A DNA stretch of 34,055 nucleotides from Minisyncoccota bacterium (lineage in GTDB: Bacteria; Patescibacteriota; Minisyncoccia; UBA6257; 1-14-0-10-40-38), in the NCBI GenBank assembly GCA_020052135.1, contig JAGVPS010000028.1, positions 1 through 34,055 of the forward strand, written 5' to 3'. This document shows, one piece after another, positions 1 to 7,442 of this stretch. The notes under the pieces are model-generated. The model saw only the letters and a program-made list of their open reading frames with translations, was not told the DNA's origin and searched no databases. Both the position numbers and the translations under genes were made by a program. Position 1 is the first letter of the stretch; every line of letters begins with the position of its first letter.

Positions 1-1959
1 AAGCTCGTAAGCCAGAGTGGTCAAGTACTTGCAGGACCAGTTGACATAACCGCAACGTCCCCGAACGTAACCTTTACGGATACGATTGAGTATCCCGTGG
101 GCACCTCGGTTATGACCTTAAAAGGTAGACTGGGAACTGATTATGCGACCGATGATACCGTTGCCGCATCCACGACTCCTGATTCCAACTGGACAACGGT
201 GAAGGGCGTGAATACCAACCAAACCATCAGTCTTTCAACCGCAGTCTTCACCGGCAATACGATGACGGTAAAAGCGGGAGCACTCCGTGTTTCCACATCT
301 CCGACACCGATTGCCCAGACCGTGGTTGCAGGTATAAACGGCTACAACTTCGCGAACTTCACGCTTGATGCAACTGCATCAGGTGAGGATGTCCGATTGA
401 ATTCAGTACAGGTTGAGTTTAACTTTGGCACCGCGAACTCGAACGATGATCTCACGAGTTGTCAGATATTCGATGGCGCGACTGCCCTTAACACCGGTAC
501 GAACGTGGTTAATGGCGCAAACGCCGATACAACTGCCGATGACAAGACCTTCACGTTCGATACAAGCTTGACCATTCCGAAAGGAACGGTGAAGACCTTG
601 GCGTTGAAGTGCAACATCGCAAAAGGCGGTAGCGGCACCACATACACCTTGGAAATCCCCGGTGATGCGGATGACATGATTCCGACGGGCGTAACCTCAG
701 GGTCTACGATCACCGAAACCTACGATGATACGACTGGTCAGGCAATTACACTTGCCACCGGCGGATCGCTCGCCATTGCACTTGATTCACAGAGTCCGTC
801 AATTGCGCTCGCAAATGCGAACACAACCGGCGTAACGCTCTCTGCGTATCGCTTCACGGCAACGAATGAAGCAGTCAAGGTAACACAGATCGGTCTTATG
901 CTCGGCGGTACCGCTTCGAACACTCCGCAGGATGTTACGAAAGTAACCTTGTGGGATGGCTCGACTCTCCTTGGTGAAGCAATCTTCACCTCTGATACCG
1001 CGACCGCAACCTTCGCAACTGGATTCACCGTACCGAAAGATAGCGATAAGGTCCTTACCATCAAGGGTGATATTGCGACGATCGGTGTCTCTGACCCAGC
1101 TCGTCCGGGCCACTTGATCCGGGTAGAAATTGATCCGAATGCGGCAGATGCTTCAGGTGATGCCACCCGAGGTATTGGTCAAGATTCCGGTAACACGATC
1201 TACTCGACTGGTTCTCCGGCAGCTTCAGCAGGAGTCCGCATCTTCAAGGCGGTTCCGATACTCGCAAAGGTTGCGCTCTCTTCGACGAAGCTCACTAACA
1301 CGACGCTTCCGCTCTACCGATTCTCGGTAACAGCACCGTCAACGGGTAGCGTGGGTCTCTACAAGTTCACGTACAATATCTCGACCTCCACGGGAGGCGC
1401 GCTAACGTACTCCATCACGAGCTTGCAGGTCCGTGGGTACCTTGACTCCGCGTTCTCGCAGACTGCGTACAGTAATGGCGGTCTCTTGAACTCTGGATCA
1501 GTGGGTGATGCCGGAGGCGTTACGAACGACGGCACCAATCTCTACAGTGTCCGATTTGACCCGACAACCGCAGGCACCGTCGAGGCCATTCAGGTCCCGG
1601 CTGGTACTACACGGTACTTCGAGCTCATTGGTACGGTAGCGAACATGGGCGCAACAACCACCTACACGGCTAACGTTAGACTGGAAGGTGATGCCGCATA
1701 CACTGCGGGTGCATGTACTTCATGCGACACACCAGGCGACACGTATACCGGTGCGCCTCTTGCGGCTACGACCGGCGGCATGAACTACACGTTTGCGACG
1801 ACTGCGGCGAATGTTGATGCAGACGCGACCCACGATGACTTCATCTGGGCTGGCAATGCCACAACGACCTCTGGTATCGCAACGTATGACTTCATGAACG
1901 GATTCCAGATTCCTGGACTCCCACCGACGAACACGACCGCAGAAGCGCTCTCGTCCTAA
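1..1959 (+). CDS. Large repetitive Thr/Ser/Ala/Gly-rich secreted or cell-surface protein, C-terminal part (5' end outside the window)
   Basis: Frame +1 is open from nt 1, so the GTG at 97 in the ORF track is internal. Stop is TAA 1957-1959. Three divergent ~170-200 aa modules share a pattern (..sp..ia....g..l..f.l.A..e.V.v..v.v ... ipKg..K.l.ik). T/S/A/G/N-rich composition is typical of beta-rich surface proteins. A strong terminator follows. No named family recognised. Confidence 0.75.
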   Translation, partial: KLVSQSGQVLAGPVDITATSPNVTFTDTIEYPVGTSVMTLKGRLGTDYATDDTVAASTTPDSNWTTVKGVNTNQTISLSTAVFTGNTMTVKAGALRVSTSPTPIAQTVVAGINGYNFANFTLDATASGEDVRLNSVQVEFNFGTANSNDDLTSCQIFDGATALNTGTNVVNGANADTTADDKTFTFDTSLTIPKGTVKTLALKCNIAKGGSGTTYTLEIPGDADDMIPTGVTSGSTITETYDDTTGQAITLATGGSLAIALDSQSPSIALANANTTGVTLSAYRFTATNEAVKVTQIGLMLGGTASNTPQDVTKVTLWDGSTLLGEAIFTSDTATATFATGFTVPKDSDKVLTIKGDIATIGVSDPARPGHLIRVEIDPNAADASGDATRGIGQDSGNTIYSTGSPAASAGVRIFKAVPILAKVALSSTKLTNTTLPLYRFSVTAPSTGSVGLYKFTYNISTSTGGALTYSITSLQVRGYLDSAFSQTAYSNGGLLNSGSVGDAGGVTNDGTNLYSVRFDPTTAGTVEAIQVPAGTTRYFELIGTVANMGATTTYTANVRLEGDAAYTAGACTSCDTPGDTYTGAPLAATTGGMNYTFATTAANVDADATHDDFIWAGNATTTSGIATYDFMNGFQIPGLPPTNTTAEALSS

Positions 1960-2006
1960 CCATCTTGAGCAGTCGCCGTATAGGCGACTGGGTTAACGGA
2001 TAGAGT

Positions 2007-2043
2007 AAAACTGCCCCGCAGAAATGCGGGGCAGTTTGTTTTC
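2007..2043 (+). terminator. Rho-independent terminator of the surface-protein gene
   Basis: Perfect 10-bp stem CTGCCCCGCA (2011-2020) / TGCGGGGCAG (2025-2034) with GAAA loop, followed by TTTGTTTTCT. A second 8-bp hairpin CAGTCGCC-GTATA-GGCGACTG lies at 1970-1990 without a T-tract. Confidence 0.85.
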
Positions 2044-2072
2044 TAAGGAGGAGGATGCATACTGCATGCGTA

Positions 2073-2081
2073 TGGTATAAT
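2073..2081 (+). promoter_or_regulatory. Extended -10 promoter (TGGTATAAT), predicted leaderless transcript for the 2089 gene
   Basis: TGnTATAAT match at 2073-2081. Only 7 nt separate the -10 hexamer from the ATG at 2089, and there is no SD in between. Confidence 0.4.
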
Positions 2082-2088
2082 TAAGTTC

Positions 2089-3441
2089 ATGAATAGAAAA
2101 CACATAGCATTTTTTATGGGGACAGGAATCTCATTGTTCCTATTTAGTTTTGTAGCTTTTGGACAAACTACCGCTGATCTTCAGGCGCAAATTCAGCAGC
2201 TTCTAAACCAGGTTGCGACATTGCAAGCGCAGCTAGTGCAAAAACCTGCTGCTCCGCCCTGTACCTTTTCCCGTACTTTGACGGTGGCCATAACTGGAGA
2301 AGATGTGCGTTGTTTGCAAAAATATTTAAATGCCAACGGCTTCATAATTACAGAGAACGGCGTTGGTTCCGTGGGTCAAGAATCCACCTACTTCGGCTTA
2401 AAAACCAAAGCCGCGGTCATCGCCTGGCAATCCGTGCAAAAGATTGCGCCGACAAGCGGGATTTTCGGCCCCATTTCGCGTGCTCGCTATGCTGAGCTTG
2501 CGATAGCCCCCGTGTTGCCCCCTCCACCTCCGCCGACGGATCCGGCACCCGTACCTCCGCCAGCAGTTGTGCCGCCTCCCACAGAGCCTCCATCAGTAAC
2601 GCAACCGACATGTTATGAACGGCTCGTGCCGAGCGCCTATCCCACCATCCAGGCCGCGGTAGATGTAGCGTGTCCAGACGATCATATCGTCGTTGCTCCA
2701 GGTAATTACGCAGAGAGTATTACGGTTGGCACCACGGGGCTTACGCTCACTGCCGCCAGTGGTCCGATGCTGACCACGATTGCTCCACCCACTGGTCCGG
2801 GAATTATGCTTGATGGAGGAGTAGGCGCCGTCACCATTGATGGGTTTATGATTGTGGGAACTTCTGAACACCCAGGCATCTATGTACCTGTTTCCGGAAG
2901 CGCATCGGTAGTGATCAAACATTCAATAATCAAAAATACATCGGTTGGCATATCAGTTGTCGCCACGAGCGGCACGGTGCTCATAGAGCGAAACCTCATT
3001 GTAAATAACAGATTTGAGGGTATCCACGACGGAGTTTCAGGAACAGGACTTATCCGCGCAGAGCATAACACGCTCATTGGGAACGATATCGGGTATTTTC
3101 TCGATACGACCGGCGGTACACACCGTGTCATAAATAGCATCGTTACTAGTAACTTGCGCTACGGCATCGCGCTCTCTTCGGCGTCAACTGATCAGGAGTA
3201 CAAGATTCTCTCCGTGAACTACACCGATACGTGGGGGAATAAAACGGAAAACTACTACTCTCATCGCACCGGGAGTACCTTTACTCCAGTAGGAATCGGC
3301 AATCTTATATCTAATCCGATTCTTCTCGAAACCTATATACCAGCCGCCACTTCTCCGGTGGTAGATACGGGAGACCCTACATTCCCGAACGATACCGATG
3401 GAACACGTGCGGATATCGGTGTATACATGGTGGAGCAGTAG
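2089..3441 (+). CDS. Secreted protein with signal peptide/TM, coiled coil, peptidoglycan-binding domain, Pro-rich linker and right-handed beta-helix (pectin-lyase-fold/NosD-like) domain
   Basis: N-terminal hydrophobic segment (IAFFMGTGISLFLFSFVAF). PG_binding_1-like stretch (GEDVRCLQKYLNANGF...YFGLKTKAAVIAWQ). PPPPPPTDPAPVPPPAVVPPPTEPP linker. Repeated I/V-x-x-N-x-I/V strands (IKHSIIKNT, IERNLIVNN, AEHNTLIGN, VINSIVTSN) typical of parallel beta-helix repeats. Confidence 0.8.
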   Translation: MNRKHIAFFMGTGISLFLFSFVAFGQTTADLQAQIQQLLNQVATLQAQLVQKPAAPPCTFSRTLTVAITGEDVRCLQKYLNANGFIITENGVGSVGQESTYFGLKTKAAVIAWQSVQKIAPTSGIFGPISRARYAELAIAPVLPPPPPPTDPAPVPPPAVVPPPTEPPSVTQPTCYERLVPSAYPTIQAAVDVACPDDHIVVAPGNYAESITVGTTGLTLTAASGPMLTTIAPPTGPGIMLDGGVGAVTIDGFMIVGTSEHPGIYVPVSGSASVVIKHSIIKNTSVGISVVATSGTVLIERNLIVNNRFEGIHDGVSGTGLIRAEHNTLIGNDIGYFLDTTGGTHRVINSIVTSNLRYGIALSSASTDQEYKILSVNYTDTWGNKTENYYSHRTGSTFTPVGIGNLISNPILLETYIPAATSPVVDTGDPTFPNDTDGTRADIGVYMVEQ

Positions 3442-3549
3442 TGAAATTCAGACTATAGATGTACCCATGAGCATCAGCTGACCCATTATACAAAAAGGGA
3501 ATTCTTTTCGAGTGAACGCGATTGTGGTGCCATATAGATTTCTGCTACT

Positions 3550-4233
3550 ATGTCTACTATGGGGAAAATAGATAAATGGATTTTGTGGATTGGCGGTATA
3601 GCGATCGCCATATTTTTTCTGATAGCGCTCTCTGTGCGAAGCAACGCCCCGCTATCGGAAGAACAGGCAACTACAACGCCTCCTCTCGAGGAAGACGTTG
3701 AAGTGGATGAAGAAATAAGCGGTGAAACTGAAGGAACTACAGTGGTCTTCCCGCCGTATATAGGTGATCCGATCGAGAACATCGGAAACGATTCTTTTAT
3801 AGCCCAAGTGCCTCCTGCCTCTCTCTTAGCATACAAAACCGAACTTGCTGAGCTCAAAGCTTCGCTTTCTAAAAAGCCAGGCAATTTTGATGGCTGGCTC
3901 CGACTCGGTGTTATTAAAAAATTCTTTAACAATTATACAGGTGCGCGCGATGCATGGGAATACGCGAACATAATCGCACCAAAAAACTCAAGTGCCTACT
4001 ACAATCTTGGCGGACTCTACGGTGCCTATCTTAAAGATTTTAAGAAAGCAGAGGAGCGTTACCTCACTGCAATAGAAAATGACCCCAAGTTTTCATATTT
4101 GTATGTAGACTTTGCCAATTTTTATTGGACTTTTGATATATCGAAAAAGCATCTGGCAAAAGGCGTGATTGAAAAGGGGCTCGTAGCACTCCCCGATGAC
4201 CCCTCCCTTCTCCAGGCGCTTGAGCGGTATTAA
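3550..4233 (+). CDS. Membrane-anchored TPR-repeat protein
   Basis: N-terminal TM (WILWIGGIAIAIFFLIALSV), an acidic linker, then TPR-like helices (GWLRLGVIKKFFNNYTGARDAWEYANIIAPKNSSAYYNLGGLYGAYLKDFKKAEERYLTAIENDP). Confidence 0.75.
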   Translation: MSTMGKIDKWILWIGGIAIAIFFLIALSVRSNAPLSEEQATTTPPLEEDVEVDEEISGETEGTTVVFPPYIGDPIENIGNDSFIAQVPPASLLAYKTELAELKASLSKKPGNFDGWLRLGVIKKFFNNYTGARDAWEYANIIAPKNSSAYYNLGGLYGAYLKDFKKAEERYLTAIENDPKFSYLYVDFANFYWTFDISKKHLAKGVIEKGLVALPDDPSLLQALERY

Positions 4234-4245
4234 CGAGGACATACA

Positions 4246-5808
4246 GTGAAGATTTCTCCCCTCATTGTTCTAGGGAGTATCGCCTTGATCGGAATTTCTG
4301 CCGTCTTACATTTTTCGTCTCCACATATTGCTGATGCGGATAGCTTTTTGTACATGCGGCAGGCATATCGCTTCCGCACGGAGTCGCTGTTTGACACTTC
4401 GTTTCCGTGGTTTTCGCACACTATTATTGAAGATTGGGGAGTTTCTTTGTGGTATGGATTCTCTATTTTACTCATACCATTCACGTTCTTTTCTGACCTT
4501 ACGCTTGGGATAAAAATCGCTGGCGTGGTTTTTACAACGTTTGCGCTTTTTATATATTACTGGATTGCTAAAAAGGAACACCTGCGATGGTCCTTTGTAT
4601 GGCCACTTGTCATTCTTGGCGCTACACCGAACACCATGTTTCGGCTTCTCATGGTTCGGATGCAGATTTTGACAGTGCCATTGTCAGCACTTCTTTTGTG
4701 GTTTCTTGTTCGGGGATATACATGGGCTTCATTTGTGGCATCATTTCTTATCGTATGGATTCATGGCAACTTTGCGTGGGTTCCTTTCCTGCTCTTAGGC
4801 ACGGCTCAGGGCGTTGCATTTATTTTCGAGAGGCGCTTTCTGTGGCGCGAAGGACTGGCAGTCATGGGCGGTTTTCTTGCGGGATGGCTACTCCGCCCCC
4901 ATCCCTTTTCTGCCGCGCGGGTTTTTTATACGCAAATAGTGGAACATTCGCTCGTGAAGAAAGCAGGCCTCCCTCTGCTTTTTGGAGCTGAACACTTTCC
5001 TCTTTCCTTCGCAGTATTCACAAGAAATTTCTTATGGTTCGCCATCGTGGAGGCAGTTGCCCTCATATTTTTTATATGGCTCTCAAAACAGGAGAAAATC
5101 ACAAATATAGATACACGGAAAACAAAAACTTTTATCGCTGGATTTTTTGCCGTTTCTCTCGGGTTTTTCATACTCACCATGCTTTTTAGCAGGCGTGCGT
5201 ATGATTTCTGGGTTGTTTGCGGAGTTCTTGCAATCGGAGGCACTCTCTCCTACGGATGGGAAAAAATTCGGAAAGGAAAAATACGAAACGTCGTCCTCGT
5301 TGTTGGTGCGATCATGATTCTTGTCATGGGTGTCCGGAGCATCGTCAAAACAAAAGCGAGTCTCGATACGGCCGGCTATCCTCCGCGCGGAGAAGCGGAG
5401 GTTTCCAAATGGCTCGCAGAGCATAGCAAGGAGGGAAACGTAGTATTTAACATCCACTGGCCATTATCCTCACGGCTTTTCTTTTGGAATCAAAAAAACT
5501 ATTACGTCGGCGGCTTTGATCCTATCTTTGAATATGCCGAGGATCGATCTCTTTATTGGAAGCACCATTATATTGCCGAAGACCAGGAAATAATTCTTTT
5601 AGGAAAAACATGTCGCGCGGTCGAGTGTCGCGGGGATGAACTGGAGAATATCTACCCGTTTATACGAGAAGAACTGGGCGCAAAATTTGTTCTTGTGGAG
5701 ACGAAGAGGAATCCCCGAGCTTTTCAATATTTCTCCTCTGATAAACGATTTGAAAAAGTTTTTGAAAATGGGGATAGTGTGGTATTTAAGGTCAAAACCG
5801 GCGTATGA
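4246..5808 (+). CDS. Polytopic membrane protein, GT-C-like (putative lipid-linked-sugar dependent glycosyltransferase) with C-terminal soluble domain
   Basis: GTG start 6 nt after GAGGA (4235-4239). More than 10 hydrophobic segments. Acidic/aromatic motif after TM1 (HIADADSFLYMRQAY). ATGA overlap with the next gene. Function is inferred from architecture only. Confidence 0.65.
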   Translation: MKISPLIVLGSIALIGISAVLHFSSPHIADADSFLYMRQAYRFRTESLFDTSFPWFSHTIIEDWGVSLWYGFSILLIPFTFFSDLTLGIKIAGVVFTTFALFIYYWIAKKEHLRWSFVWPLVILGATPNTMFRLLMVRMQILTVPLSALLLWFLVRGYTWASFVASFLIVWIHGNFAWVPFLLLGTAQGVAFIFERRFLWREGLAVMGGFLAGWLLRPHPFSAARVFYTQIVEHSLVKKAGLPLLFGAEHFPLSFAVFTRNFLWFAIVEAVALIFFIWLSKQEKITNIDTRKTKTFIAGFFAVSLGFFILTMLFSRRAYDFWVVCGVLAIGGTLSYGWEKIRKGKIRNVVLVVGAIMILVMGVRSIVKTKASLDTAGYPPRGEAEVSKWLAEHSKEGNVVFNIHWPLSSRLFFWNQKNYYVGGFDPIFEYAEDRSLYWKHHYIAEDQEIILLGKTCRAVECRGDELENIYPFIREELGAKFVLVETKRNPRAFQYFSSDKRFEKVFENGDSVVFKVKTGV

Positions 5809-7442
5809 TAAAAGACACAAAAGCGAGAGCAATGATCCTTATCTGTATTCTCGCCGTTGCGCTCGGATTACGCCTCTGGGGTCTGGGAGTCCAGGAATTT
5901 GTCGGAGACGAGGGCGCGTATGCGTTCCGTTCCGCGCTCTACCTGGATTACCTCGGCACCAACTTTCAAACACAGCCGATTGATTGGTACGCCAGTACAG
6001 AACTTCCCTCATGGACACAACTCTCTTTTCACGATCATCCTCCGCTCGGGTTTCTTATACGGCATTGGTTTTTTAGTATTTTTGGCGCGACTCCGTTCGT
6101 GGCGCGACTCCCGGGCGTACTTCTCGGCGTGTGTTCAATCGGATTGCTCTATGGAATTTTGAGAAGAAGTCCGATTTTTAAAGACGCGTCTGAATCGTAT
6201 GCATTGTGGGGCGCTCTTCTCGCATCAGTAAGCGGAGCCATGATCTGGAGCTCGCGCGCGGTTCTCCTTGAGCCGTTTGCATTGTTCTTTATTCTTGCAT
6301 CGCTCTATGCCTTTACCCGTTTTACCGAGGACCGTCGGTGGTGGTGGGCGTTAGGCATTGCCTTGGGTTTATCGCTCATCACCAAATACACCACCATTAT
6401 TCTTCTTCCGGTTTTTCTCGTCTATCTCCTGGTATATTATCGGCGGATATTCCGCGATGTACGGCTCTACGGAGCCCTACTCCTCGCACTCCTCTTTCTT
6501 TCTCCGGTTATATCCTACAATTTCAATCTCTATAAAGAGCGAGGGCATTTTGATTTACAGCTCGCCTATGTATTTCAACAAGCGACTCCAGAGTGGACTG
6601 GTCTTCTTGGAAAAAGCGAAGCTCCATTCCGCGAGATTGGAGGACGGACGCGAGATCTCTATGGCGTGAGCGAAATTATAATCGGACTTGCGGGTCTCGG
6701 TGTCATAGCGTTGTTTTGGAAGCGCGCGAATAAGAAAACCGTTGTGCTATGGGCGGCGTATATAATCGGATGTTTTGGTCTCTTCGTGTTGGTCGGAGTG
6801 GCGGAACGATTCATCGTACTCCTTGTTCCCGCAATGGTCGCGCTCGGAGCCGTTCTCTTCGGGGAGATGTTTGATCGAAGTGGAAAAGGCATAAAAAAAT
6901 ACATTGCTCCTGCCCTCCTCATACTTATAGTGTTTAGTGGATCAACTCGATATCTCGCGAATGTCTATAACACAGGAGTTATCGAGCTTGATCAGTATCT
7001 CAGCAAAGAATTTCAGGATACATCATCTGTCGCGCTTCCAAACACGGAGAATCCTCATCTAAACGGCATTATCAAAAAAAACGCGGAGGCGCACTCATCA
7101 GGAAGGCCAACTCGGACGCTCATCGTGTATAGTGATACGCTCGCGCTTCCTTCGCGGTTGTGGCTTTTTGATCGAAGGCTTCTCTTGGAGGGTATTCCGG
7201 TATTTTATGTAGAGGGATTTTCAGAAGCCGTGAAAGCAAACCCCGCAGTTTTTCAAGGGTTTTCAGCGTATTTTATGCAGGCCACGGAATACGGATTTTT
7301 AAATCCATTCAAGAAGGGTAATCAAGCAGGAAATGAATTTGAAAAAACGCTTGTATCGCAAGGGATAGAACCGGTGCGCAGTATATACGGACACGACGGA
7401 CTTCCTATGTTTCGCGTATATACATTTACTATCGAATCTTAA
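5805..7442 (+). CDS. PMT/ArnT-family (GT39/GT83-like, GT-C fold) membrane glycosyltransferase
   Basis: N-terminal TM followed by LRLWGLGVQEFVGDEGAYAFRSALY (the DE motif loop typical of PMT_2/ArnT-like enzymes). Many TM segments and a C-terminal extracytoplasmic domain. ATGA start overlap with the upstream gene. Confidence 0.8.
   Translation: MIKDTKARAMILICILAVALGLRLWGLGVQEFVGDEGAYAFRSALYLDYLGTNFQTQPIDWYASTELPSWTQLSFHDHPPLGFLIRHWFFSIFGATPFVARLPGVLLGVCSIGLLYGILRRSPIFKDASESYALWGALLASVSGAMIWSSRAVLLEPFALFFILASLYAFTRFTEDRRWWWALGIALGLSLITKYTTIILLPVFLVYLLVYYRRIFRDVRLYGALLLALLFLSPVISYNFNLYKERGHFDLQLAYVFQQATPEWTGLLGKSEAPFREIGGRTRDLYGVSEIIIGLAGLGVIALFWKRANKKTVVLWAAYIIGCFGLFVLVGVAERFIVLLVPAMVALGAVLFGEMFDRSGKGIKKYIAPALLILIVFSGSTRYLANVYNTGVIELDQYLSKEFQDTSSVALPNTENPHLNGIIKKNAEAHSSGRPTRTLIVYSDTLALPSRLWLFDRRLLLEGIPVFYVEGFSEAVKANPAVFQGFSAYFMQATEYGFLNPFKKGNQAGNEFEKTLVSQGIEPVRSIYGHDGLPMFRVYTFTIES

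Noticed and set aside
462-1330. ORFs 462-713(-), 738-1166(-), 799-1113(-) and 1130-1330(+) inside the surface-protein gene
   Set aside because: These are shadow frames of a long, compositionally biased CDS. They have no start context, and their Arg/Ser/Cys-rich translations are typical of antisense or off-frame reading.
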